Part shown: positions 12,549-21,288 of the stretch, piece after piece | Numbering within the stretch: the first letter of the stretch is position 1 | How the letters are laid out: each line of letters starts with the position of its first letter | Source: a virus | Taxonomy: Duplodnaviria; Caudoviricetes | Virus record (IMG/VR): IMGVR_UViG_2593339273_000007 | Location: 1 to 64,000 of that record | DNA: 64,000 nt | Strand: one strand, 5' to 3' | Made by a program: the position numbers and the translations under genes | The notes under the pieces: model-generated | Told to the model about the DNA's origin: nothing | Databases searched by the model: none | What the model saw: only the letters and a program-made list of their open reading frames with translations

Positions 12549-14261
12549 CTACTCCTTATTATACTGAGCAATAACATCTTTAATTTCCGTTTCAATTCCG
12601 GACAAAAATTCCTTTTTAGAAGACTTGCCATGTGCAATGTCTGTCAATTCCATTTCCCACTTTGCTGTCGTTTCTGCCGATTTAAAGATATCTGCTACAA
12701 TCGTTACAAGGCTGATTCCTTTATTAGTGGCAATCAAATTTTTCTTATCTCTTTCAATAAAACCTTTGAAAATTAAATTTTCTATAATCCCTGCACGAGT
12801 TGCCGGTGTGCCAAGTCCTTTTCGTTCGACCTCTACCCCTTTTTCAAGTGCTTCATTTCCTGCCAATTCCATGCTTTTTAATAGGGTGTTTTCTGTAAAG
12901 TGTTTTGGAGGCTTAGTATATTTTTCTTTAATCTCTTTATTTTCAATGCTTAAAACATCTCCAATACTTACATCAGGAAGCTCCATATCCTCATTCTTCT
13001 TGGATTTGTATTCTTTAAGATATTTTGTAAAGCCTTCATATATAATGACTTTTCCTGAACTTGTAAATTCAAAGCCGTCAAAAATTGCTACAATCTTAGT
13101 AGTATTCTCGATTAAAGGATAACCTACACTTGCGTGTAGCTTATTAAAAATAAGTCCATACACTTTTGCTTCACTCTCCGGAATACTCGATAAATCTTCA
13201 CTCATTGAACTTACTGTCGGTATAATAGCATGATGATCCGTTACCTTGCTTGAATTAAAAATGACCTTAATACGCTGTGTATCAAAGTCATTTTGTCCCA
13301 ATATGTTGTTTATCATACTTGTAATCATATCTGTTGTAAGGTATCTGCTGTCCGTTCTCGGATAAGTAATAAGTTTTTTCTCATACAAACTTTGTGCATA
13401 ATCAAGGGTTTGCTTTGCACTATATCCAAAATACTTATTACACTCTCTTTGGAGCGTAGTTAAGTCATAGGGTAAGTCGGGCTTTGTGATTTTTTCTTTC
13501 TGAATGACATCGGTAATTTCAATCCTATCGCCTACTAAATTTAAGAGCTGCTCAGCTGCTATTTCATCATCAATTCTGTCTGTGGAAAGTATAAAACCGT
13601 CCATAGATAGCTCTACGGTATAGTATTTCTCTTTCTTGAAATTTGCTATCTCGTCATCTCGTTTTACAATCATGGCAAGAGTCGGTGTCTGCACTCTGCC
13701 AACAGAGTAATTCTGCTTGTAAAGGCAAGAATAAAGTCTACTAATATTCATTCCTACTAACCAATCTGCAATGGCTCTTGCCTGTGCCGATTCAAAGAGA
13801 TTATCATAGTCCTTTCCTTCTTTTAGATTATCAAAGCCCTCTTTAACGGCACTGTCTTCCATAGATGAAATCCAAAGACGTTTCATTTTCTTTTTACAAT
13901 GAGCCTCATTATATACCAGTCTAAAAATTGCTTCTCCTTCTCTTCCTGCATCACAAGCATTGATTACAAATTTCACGTCCTTATCATTCATCAGTTTTTT
14001 AAGGATAACAAACTGTTTTTTTGTAGGTTTCATTATTTCATATTTATATTCACTTGGAATAATCGGTAAATCTTCTATATTCCACTTTGCATACTTTTCA
14101 TCATATCTTTCAGGATTGGACATCTGAATCAAATGTCCAATGCACCAAGAAACTATATATCCGTTCCCCCCATAATATCCATCTTTCTTTTTTGTTGCTC
14201 CAAGCACCTTTGATATGCTTATTGCAACACTCGGTTTTTCACTTATCACCAGTGTTTGCAT
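12549..14261 (-). CDS. topB: DNA topoisomerase III (type IA)
   Basis: SEKPS, DAGREGE, GRVQTPTL, ITYPRTD and GLGTPATRA motifs. Confidence 0.96.
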   Translation of the reverse strand: MQTLVISEKPSVAISISKVLGATKKKDGYYGGNGYIVSWCIGHLIQMSNPERYDEKYAKWNIEDLPIIPSEYKYEIMKPTKKQFVILKKLMNDKDVKFVINACDAGREGEAIFRLVYNEAHCKKKMKRLWISSMEDSAVKEGFDNLKEGKDYDNLFESAQARAIADWLVGMNISRLYSCLYKQNYSVGRVQTPTLAMIVKRDDEIANFKKEKYYTVELSMDGFILSTDRIDDEIAAEQLLNLVGDRIEITDVIQKEKITKPDLPYDLTTLQRECNKYFGYSAKQTLDYAQSLYEKKLITYPRTDSRYLTTDMITSMINNILGQNDFDTQRIKVIFNSSKVTDHHAIIPTVSSMSEDLSSIPESEAKVYGLIFNKLHASVGYPLIENTTKIVAIFDGFEFTSSGKVIIYEGFTKYLKEYKSKKNEDMELPDVSIGDVLSIENKEIKEKYTKPPKHFTENTLLKSMELAGNEALEKGVEVERKGLGTPATRAGIIENLIFKGFIERDKKNLIATNKGISLVTIVADIFKSAETTAKWEMELTDIAHGKSSKKEFLSGIETEIKDVIAQYNKE

Positions 14262-14284
14262 AAATTCCTCCTTTTTTCTACATG

Positions 14285-14325
14285 AAAAAAGACAATCAGA
14301 GTTTGCATTTCTCCAATTGTCTTTT
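14285..14325 (-). terminator. Intrinsic terminator downstream of abiEii
   Basis: AAAAGACAAT...ATTGTCTTTT hairpin followed by a T-run on the minus strand. Confidence 0.6.
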
Positions 14326-14432
14326 AAAGTTTTATATATTTCATTTTCTATTTTTTAATCCATTTTCCTGTTTGGGAACTAACTTACAAAAAAATGTTTG
14401 ACGCCTTCTTTTCATTGTAAAACCGTTATATG

Positions 14433-15275
14433 CTAATTTTCATTCTTTATTTTTTCCACCATTTTTATTCCGCTGTCCAATACTTCTTCAAAAGTTATAT
14501 CTTTCGCATACAGATTTTTTCTCGAATAGGCTTGCCATCTTTTCAAAAAGGCTTCATTTATTTTCAATTTTTCCAGTAAGTCTATGATTTTACCTATGTC
14601 AAATTCTGTTTTTCTATAACTAAAAGTTTTTCTGCAAGCCTCTCTTAATATCTCTACATTTACATCTTTATCCTTTAATTTATAAATAATATAAAGATCG
14701 TAATAATCCTTACTTCTACTATTTAAAAATCCTCTTGCATAAATAGTTTGTATTTTTTCTGCAAGCATAGTTTCTATCGGATAAGCCTTGATTATTATTT
14801 CTTCTTCTCCAAAAGAACTCACATACTTATAATCTATCGGATGAGGTGTAATAACATCTCCTGTTGCAATGTCAAGTGGTACAATCTGTCTTATATTTTC
14901 CATTTTACATAAGATATTTGCACGAAATCCTCCATATTGATCTTCTTCTTTGATTGGCACAATGTTTTGCAATTCATAAAAGATATCGTCGGATTCTTCC
15001 GGTTTTAAAGTTTCGTTCAGCATTTGAACAATATTTTCTTCTGATAGTTGCATATTTCTCAAAAGAAAGTCTATATCTACAGTACTTCTTGAATCAATTC
15101 CAACTACACTTGATAACAAAAAGCCGCCCTTAAAAATAAATCGTTCACTATATTCGCTTCCTGCTAATTTTTTTAAAATACTTTCTAAAAAATAATATAA
15201 CATAACAGCATTAAACGAAAGACCGACTTCTTTACTAACTTTATGGCAAAGAGCCGTTAATTTAGCTTTATTCAT
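14433..15275 (-). CDS. abiEii: AbiEii type IV toxin (nucleotidyltransferase)
   Basis: FKGG...RSTVDIDF, LAEK and SRSKDYYDLY motifs; overlaps the antitoxin stop. Confidence 0.93.
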   Translation of the reverse strand: MNKAKLTALCHKVSKEVGLSFNAVMLYYFLESILKKLAGSEYSERFIFKGGFLLSSVVGIDSRSTVDIDFLLRNMQLSEENIVQMLNETLKPEESDDIFYELQNIVPIKEEDQYGGFRANILCKMENIRQIVPLDIATGDVITPHPIDYKYVSSFGEEEIIIKAYPIETMLAEKIQTIYARGFLNSRSKDYYDLYIIYKLKDKDVNVEILREACRKTFSYRKTEFDIGKIIDLLEKLKINEAFLKRWQAYSRKNLYAKDITFEEVLDSGIKMVEKIKNEN

Positions 15276-15870
15276 AAGCCACCTCCATAACCTCTCTTAC
15301 TTTATTTTCAATTCCCATTTTCATTGCAATGTCATAGAGGGAATGGATATCTCTTTCTTTATAAGAGGAATATGATTGAATAAGTTTTACATAAACCTCT
15401 ATATCCATTTCTTCTTTATGAGCAATAAAATCACAGAGTGTCCTCTCATATGAATATACCTTAACTTTATTGCCAAACATTGTAGGTTTTTGGGTTACCC
15501 CTAAGTCATAAATTGTTTTTTTTACATAATGAACATTGAAACCGTTCGGTTTTTCATTAAATTTATATCCGTTATAAACGGTTACATCGATACTCCAAGG
15601 AATTTTATCTGTTTGTCCAAGCAGGTAAAGTGCTGTTTCATAAGAAAATATCGCCTTTTTATACTGATGTTGAAAGAAATAATACTCATCGTAATCCCCA
15701 TCTTTCGTTATATAAATTCCTTTTCTTACTTTTGACAATCTCCCATCTTTCAATAGTCGACTGAGATATATCGTCGGTATATTATTTTCCTTACAGTATG
15801 CTGTTGTAATAATTCCACCTGATTGCTTCAGATATTTTTCAATTTTATTTTCATAATTCATCCCATCCAC
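15268..15870 (-). CDS. abiEi: AbiEi type IV antitoxin (wHTH); start may be a few codons downstream
   Basis: GIITT...RKGIY, FSYETAL and YSYERTLCD motifs; directly upstream of abiEii. Confidence 0.92.
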   Translation of the reverse strand: MDGMNYENKIEKYLKQSGGIITTAYCKENNIPTIYLSRLLKDGRLSKVRKGIYITKDGDYDEYYFFQHQYKKAIFSYETALYLLGQTDKIPWSIDVTVYNGYKFNEKPNGFNVHYVKKTIYDLGVTQKPTMFGNKVKVYSYERTLCDFIAHKEEMDIEVYVKLIQSYSSYKERDIHSLYDIAMKMGIENKVREVMEVAYE

Positions 15871-15877
15871 CCCCTTT

Positions 15878-15924
15878 GTTGCGTTTACACTTGCATTATA
15901 CCATTTTTTAAGTGTAAACGCAAC
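15878..15924 (-). promoter_or_regulatory. abiE promoter with a perfect 15-bp inverted-repeat operator
   Basis: GTTGCGTTTACACTT / AAGTGTAAACGCAAC overlapping TTGCGT-17-TATAAT (extended -10); AbiEi proteins autorepress through promoter inverted repeats. Confidence 0.8.
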
Positions 15925-15954
15925 ATCAGGGTTTACATTTCTCTTTTTATAACT

Positions 15955-17577
15955 TTATTCCTCATCTTCTTCATCATAAGAGTCGATTGCCATATCATCT
16001 ATGTTATGCTGTTCTTCTACTGTTTCTTCCAAATCTTCTGTATCGTCCTCTTTTTCATACTCATCTTCAAATTCATCATATTCTTCTTCATCTTCATCAT
16101 AATCATCATCTTCCTGCTTTTTCTTGTAGATTTTAAAGTAATATCCTGCTCCAACTACTGCAAGAACGATGATTCCTAAAAAAATATATGAGCCGCTACC
16201 TTTGCTTTCTTCTTTTTTCGGCTCTTCTTTTTTTACTTCGCTTTTCGGTACCGTTTCTTCCATTTTTTTGATTTCTTCTTTCGGGTTTTCCTTCTTCTCT
16301 ACCATATTCAGAAGATCATCTTCAGATACTTCAGTCAAAAGCATTACATTTTCACTTTGCTCATCGTGATTGATGATTAAATGAAATGTCTTTCCGGATT
16401 TTGTCTGGAAAGTAATAAATTGTCTTGCATCTGCTGAATACTTATCTGCTTCTTTGTTATCGCTGCTATCCCCATGATGAATTGGATAATCATTATTCGC
16501 ATTATCTTTATTTTCTGTAACAGTTCCTCTTGCCTTTAACGGAGCTGAAGCCACACCCTTATTGGTATTTACATTGCTACTTGCACCGTCCATTGATGAA
16601 TCCTGACTACTGTTATTAGCAGGAGCTTTCGGTGTCAGCTTATTGGGATAGCGAACTTCCTTTTCTTTCTCCTTTGATTCAGTTTTACCTGTATCTTTTG
16701 TAGTATTGCCGGAGCTTACTGCATCAGATGAACCTTTACCGGAACTCTGTGGTGTTTGAGAAGAAATACCTGAGCTTGTCTTAATCCCTGAAATAGGACT
16801 AATCGGTGTAACTGACTGTGATGTTACAGGAGCTTTGTTTGTTTCAGTTGCCTTTTTCTCAAGCTCTTTCACCTTTTCCGTCAGCTTATCTATTTCCTTT
16901 TTCATATCTTCTGATAAGTCTTTATTTCCCTTATCTTTCTTCATTTTTTCTTTCAGACTTTCAATCTCAGCTTCAAGGTCTTTGATTTTTTCTTTCTGTT
17001 TATCGCTTAGTTTGTCTTTATCCCTGATTTCACCATTTAACTTATCAAGTTTATCCTGAAGCTCTTTGGCCTCTTTTTCCATTTTGAAAATATCGTCCTT
17101 AGAAAGATCTGTCTGTGTTCCCTTATCTTCTGTTTTTTTATCTTCCGTCTGAGTGCTTTCGTCCTGTTTTGGCTTTTCCTCTTCTGCCTGAGTTTCTTTA
17201 TCCTTAACTGTAATTTTTTCTACTTTACGGATAATCTCATCTGTACCGTCTCCCTTTACTTTATAGAACAAAAATTCGTCAATAAATTTCATATTATCCT
17301 CTAACATTGGTAAATCTCCACTGTCAAGAACTTGCCCGGTTTCTTCTTCAATTATTTCTTCCTTATATACACTCTCATCCTTAAATATATATTTTATCTT
17401 AACCTCCACTTTAGTTTGAGCTAAAACTTCTGTGGGACTAATCAGTGTCGGGATTAAACTACCTTGTGCAAAAACAATCTGGTGATTGAAAAGCATTGTT
17501 CCAAGTAAAGCAAATATCAAAAAGATTACTCCGGACAATGTTATCGCCATTTTTTTATTCTTCCATTTGATTTTCAT
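15955..17577 (-). CDS. CD1107-like DUF4366 membrane-anchored conjugation protein
   Basis: Signal peptide, coiled coil, RQFITFQTKSGKTFHLII motif, C-terminal TM and acidic tail. Confidence 0.8.
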   Translation of the reverse strand: MKIKWKNKKMAITLSGVIFLIFALLGTMLFNHQIVFAQGSLIPTLISPTEVLAQTKVEVKIKYIFKDESVYKEEIIEEETGQVLDSGDLPMLEDNMKFIDEFLFYKVKGDGTDEIIRKVEKITVKDKETQAEEEKPKQDESTQTEDKKTEDKGTQTDLSKDDIFKMEKEAKELQDKLDKLNGEIRDKDKLSDKQKEKIKDLEAEIESLKEKMKKDKGNKDLSEDMKKEIDKLTEKVKELEKKATETNKAPVTSQSVTPISPISGIKTSSGISSQTPQSSGKGSSDAVSSGNTTKDTGKTESKEKEKEVRYPNKLTPKAPANNSSQDSSMDGASSNVNTNKGVASAPLKARGTVTENKDNANNDYPIHHGDSSDNKEADKYSADARQFITFQTKSGKTFHLIINHDEQSENVMLLTEVSEDDLLNMVEKKENPKEEIKKMEETVPKSEVKKEEPKKEESKGSGSYIFLGIIVLAVVGAGYYFKIYKKKQEDDDYDEDEEEYDEFEDEYEKEDDTEDLEETVEEQHNIDDMAIDSYDEEDEE

Positions 17578-17842
17578 GATTTTCCTCCATATTATTATGA
17601 TTTTCTGTATTTCTCATTTCCTGTAACTTCATTTTTTCTTGTTTTTCCTCTTTTTTATAACGTCTCATCATTTCTAAAAAATCGTCAATAGAAATGTCAA
17701 TACTTCGGTATTCCTTTAAAACCTCAATATTTTCCATCTCTTCCTGTTCTTCTTTTAACATCTCCTGTTTTAACTGGAGTTCTTCTATTTTTTCCTGAAT
17801 ATCTTTTTGCTTTTCTATATTTTTTCTATATTTTTTATTCAA
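17555..17842 (-). CDS. DUF4315-like coiled-coil conjugation protein
   Basis: Size, EMENIE motif and synteny between the hydrolase and DUF4366 genes. Confidence 0.65.
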   Translation of the reverse strand: MNKKYRKNIEKQKDIQEKIEELQLKQEMLKEEQEEMENIEVLKEYRSIDISIDDFLEMMRRYKKEEKQEKMKLQEMRNTENHNNMEENHENQMEE

Positions 17843-17854
17843 AATATTCCCTCC

Positions 17855-20284
17855 TTATTTTTGTACTGATGGTGGAAATCCAAACCCCACAGGATGATGT
17901 TTACAAAATGTTGCAATCCAATTATCTATGGTAGTTACTCTTATACGTCCTATATTATCCATTACCTTTCCATCTCCGATATAAACACCTACATGACCAT
18001 AGGTAGCACCTAAACTTCCACCGCTACTGCTGCTTTCCACTGCAACAAGCATTCCCACTTTTAGCTTTGACTTATCTGATGTAAAGGTGTAATTTCGGTA
18101 CATATCATTAGCGTTTCCTCCTATATATCCAAGTCCTGCATTTTGATATACCTGCGATACCCACATTGCACACCAACCCATTCCCGGAGATGGGGTAACA
18201 TAAGCGGCATTTACTATTTTCTTTTGCACTTCACTTGATGCCTCATATTCTTTTCCTCCGCCGATTCCACCATTTGAATTTATAAGGTCAGTATTTCCAA
18301 ATACTTGTCCCATATTCCCTTGTGCCAAAAACAAAGTTTCGTAGTGTGCCAAGTTATTAGTATAAGATTTAAATGTTTCTCTGATAATAGAATCCATCTC
18401 TCTTTTTTCTAAGGTTACGATGAGTTTTTTATACTCATACGGTTCTTCATGACTTTCAGTATGTTCATTGCCGTCAGCATCCATATAGCTTGATGTAACA
18501 GTTCTATATCTAATTTCGATCTCTTCCTTATAGGTTAAGGTATACATATTTTGAAACAGACTTTTAAGTTCACTTTCTACTTCAGAAATATTCTTTACGA
18601 TTCCATAACGAGCTGTGATATAAGACAAGAGTTCATGGACATTATGGCCGATATTCTCTTTTCCATTTATAATATATTCATCATATCCCGGATGATTTTC
18701 CTTTACACTGTCCATCTCTTCTTGCAAAGCCTGTTCTAAAGATGAAAACTTTTGATTGATTTCTTTGAGTACATCTTCTGATGATAAGTAGGTTGTCCCT
18801 ACGGTATTACTTACCATCCCCGTTCCCATATTCATCATCATACTTCCTGACTGAAAAAGCATAAAAAAGATTCCTACTAATAAAAATAGTAGAAATCCTA
18901 TCTTTTTCCCTCTACCCTTTACAAATTCAGCAAATCTTTTACTGCCCTCTATAAAAGATTTTTTTATTCTGTTTTTTACACTGTCTTTATACTTATTTTG
19001 AATCTGTCTTTTATACTGCCTTCTTTTAAAAAATTGTCTGAGCCTTGAGGTATTTTGGTAATCCGCACTTTTTTTCAACTCTTCCATATTTTTTTGAAAG
19101 AAGAGTTTCTTTTCTTTTTTTTGAATACTCTTTTCAAGTTTATTTATCTTCTTTTGTCCCTTTAATGCCTTCTTTTTCCCACGATGATAGGCATGTCTTG
19201 AAAGAGTTTCTATCTTTTCTACAGCCTTATGACTTCCCTCAACTGCTGCGTTATCTTCTTTTCCGCTTTCAAGATACCTCTTTAACATACCCGTTGCTAT
19301 TACTGCACTTTTAGCACTTTGTGTTTTTTTGTCAATTCTCTTATTTTTTAATTTCTTCTCTTGTCTTTGCTTTTTTTGCTGTAACTTGGAGATTTTCTTT
19401 TCCTTACTTTCAAATTTATCTGCCTTTTTTTGTGATGTGTTTTTATCAGCAGTTTTTCTTTTATCCTTTGCATCCTGAAATGAATTCTTTTTCGTATCCT
19501 TATTTCTGGTAAACTCCTTATCATCAAAGTTGCTCCTGGTATATTTATTCTGTTTTTCTACTTTTGGACTTTCATTGAAAAATCTTTCTTTGGCATACTG
19601 TTTATATTTCTTATTCTTGGATTTTGGATTTTTTATATAGTCATTATAATTTTTTTCCTTATCATTTTGCCTATTATCATACTTTTCATCATCTGCAAGA
19701 GGTCGATATGACACTTTACTATCCCTAAAATCCACATCGTACCTATCTATTACTCCATCATTATCCATATCCTTCGATAATGGATCATAGACTTCCTGTT
19801 CTTTTTTAAATTTATCCATCTGTCTTCGCATATTTTTCTTATCTTTAGAAATGACCACACAAGATTCTTGTATATCTTTTTTCTCACCAAAATTGCGAAA
19901 AGAATTACCTTTATAGTTCTTTAAACTTTGCCTTTTAAGCTTATTTTTAAAATCATTGTCATGACTTATATCTAAAGGTATCTTTTCATTTAAAAGATCT
20001 TGTTTTATATCATCTGAACCTTCATATTTTTTTAAGGAAATATCATCTGAAAAGTCTTCTTTCTTATATTGATTTAAAGTTTCTTGTTCTTTATAAATCT
20101 TCTTTTTTTCTCTCTTATTATCAAAAGACAAATTTTTATTTTCTTCATAATTTTCATTTAAGTTATAAGGATAATTTTCTACGGTTTCTGATATGCCTTT
20201 TCTTTTTTCATCAATATGTTTTTGATTTTCTTGATTTAATCTATTCTCTTTACTCCTTTTGTACCTCTTGCTTTTGTTCTTCAT
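17855..20284 (-). CDS. CD1108-like conjugative cell-wall hydrolase (C-terminal CHAP domain, VirB1 analogue)
   Basis: Charged N-terminus, TM segment, GWCAMWV...GNAND...YGHVGVY CHAP motifs. Confidence 0.85.
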   Translation of the reverse strand: MKNKSKRYKRSKENRLNQENQKHIDEKRKGISETVENYPYNLNENYEENKNLSFDNKREKKKIYKEQETLNQYKKEDFSDDISLKKYEGSDDIKQDLLNEKIPLDISHDNDFKNKLKRQSLKNYKGNSFRNFGEKKDIQESCVVISKDKKNMRRQMDKFKKEQEVYDPLSKDMDNDGVIDRYDVDFRDSKVSYRPLADDEKYDNRQNDKEKNYNDYIKNPKSKNKKYKQYAKERFFNESPKVEKQNKYTRSNFDDKEFTRNKDTKKNSFQDAKDKRKTADKNTSQKKADKFESKEKKISKLQQKKQRQEKKLKNKRIDKKTQSAKSAVIATGMLKRYLESGKEDNAAVEGSHKAVEKIETLSRHAYHRGKKKALKGQKKINKLEKSIQKKEKKLFFQKNMEELKKSADYQNTSRLRQFFKRRQYKRQIQNKYKDSVKNRIKKSFIEGSKRFAEFVKGRGKKIGFLLFLLVGIFFMLFQSGSMMMNMGTGMVSNTVGTTYLSSEDVLKEINQKFSSLEQALQEEMDSVKENHPGYDEYIINGKENIGHNVHELLSYITARYGIVKNISEVESELKSLFQNMYTLTYKEEIEIRYRTVTSSYMDADGNEHTESHEEPYEYKKLIVTLEKREMDSIIRETFKSYTNNLAHYETLFLAQGNMGQVFGNTDLINSNGGIGGGKEYEASSEVQKKIVNAAYVTPSPGMGWCAMWVSQVYQNAGLGYIGGNANDMYRNYTFTSDKSKLKVGMLVAVESSSSGGSLGATYGHVGVYIGDGKVMDNIGRIRVTTIDNWIATFCKHHPVGFGFPPSVQK

Positions 20285-21275
20285 TAAATTGTTTCACCTC
20301 ACTTTCAATTCTTTTCTTTGCAAGGCTTACGTATTCCTCATTTAATTCAATCCCGATATATTTTCTATCTTGCATAAGTGCTACAAATCCGACCGTTCCG
20401 CTTCCAATAAAAGGATCAAGGATTAATCCTCCTTTCGGTGAGCCTGCAATCATACAGATTTCAGCCAACTTAGGAGGAAAAGCAGCATAATGCTCCCCTC
20501 TAAAAGATATGGTATTGATGGTCCAAATATCTCGTTTATTACGAAACTGCGGAATATTATCTCCTTTATACTCTCCATATTTTCTTGCCTTATTTATCTT
20601 CTGCACGTTTATCCCTGCATCTTCATTTAAATATTTGTTATATTCACTTCTTCCTCTCATATATCTTTTCTTGCTGACTTCTTTCATCGGCTCTGCCATA
20701 GCATCAAAATCATAATAATATTTTGGTGATTTGGAAAGTAAAAAAATATGTTCATAAGAACGAGTAGGTCTATCCCTACAAGCCTCAGGCATGGCATTTT
20801 CTTTGTGCCAGATGATGTCCGAGCGAAGATACCATCCATCTTCTCTTAAAGCAAATGCCAATCTCCAAGGTATTCCCATTAAATCCTTTGACTTGTAACC
20901 TAACACTTTTTGTGTAATTGAAGGGTTTTGTCCATTTCTTCCTTTTGGATATTTAGGATCCATATACTCTCCCTTTCTACCACCCGAACCGGCATAGGAA
21001 TCGCCAATAACAATAAAGCAAGTACCATCTTTTCTAAGAACTCTCCTTACTTGTCTAAAAACTTGTACCAACCTGTCAAGATATTCTTCAACCGTAGCTT
21101 CTCTTCCTATTTGACCATCGCTTTTATAATCTCTAAGTCCATAGTAGGGTGGAGAGGTAATGCAGCAGTTTATACTTTCATCTGGAAAATTCTTTAATGT
21201 TTCAAGGGCATCTCTGCAAATAATTGTATTAATATGATTGTCTAAAAAACATATATCTTCTATTTTGTTTCTCAT
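20250..21275 (-). CDS. Beta-class N4-cytosine/N6-adenine DNA methyltransferase
   Basis: TSPPY near the N-terminus, LDPFIGSGT near the C-terminus. Confidence 0.92.
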   Translation of the reverse strand: MRNKIEDICFLDNHINTIICRDALETLKNFPDESINCCITSPPYYGLRDYKSDGQIGREATVEEYLDRLVQVFRQVRRVLRKDGTCFIVIGDSYAGSGGRKGEYMDPKYPKGRNGQNPSITQKVLGYKSKDLMGIPWRLAFALREDGWYLRSDIIWHKENAMPEACRDRPTRSYEHIFLLSKSPKYYYDFDAMAEPMKEVSKKRYMRGRSEYNKYLNEDAGINVQKINKARKYGEYKGDNIPQFRNKRDIWTINTISFRGEHYAAFPPKLAEICMIAGSPKGGLILDPFIGSGTVGFVALMQDRKYIGIELNEEYVSLAKKRIESEVKQFNEEQKQEVQKE

Positions 21276-21288
21276 GCCATTTGCCCTC

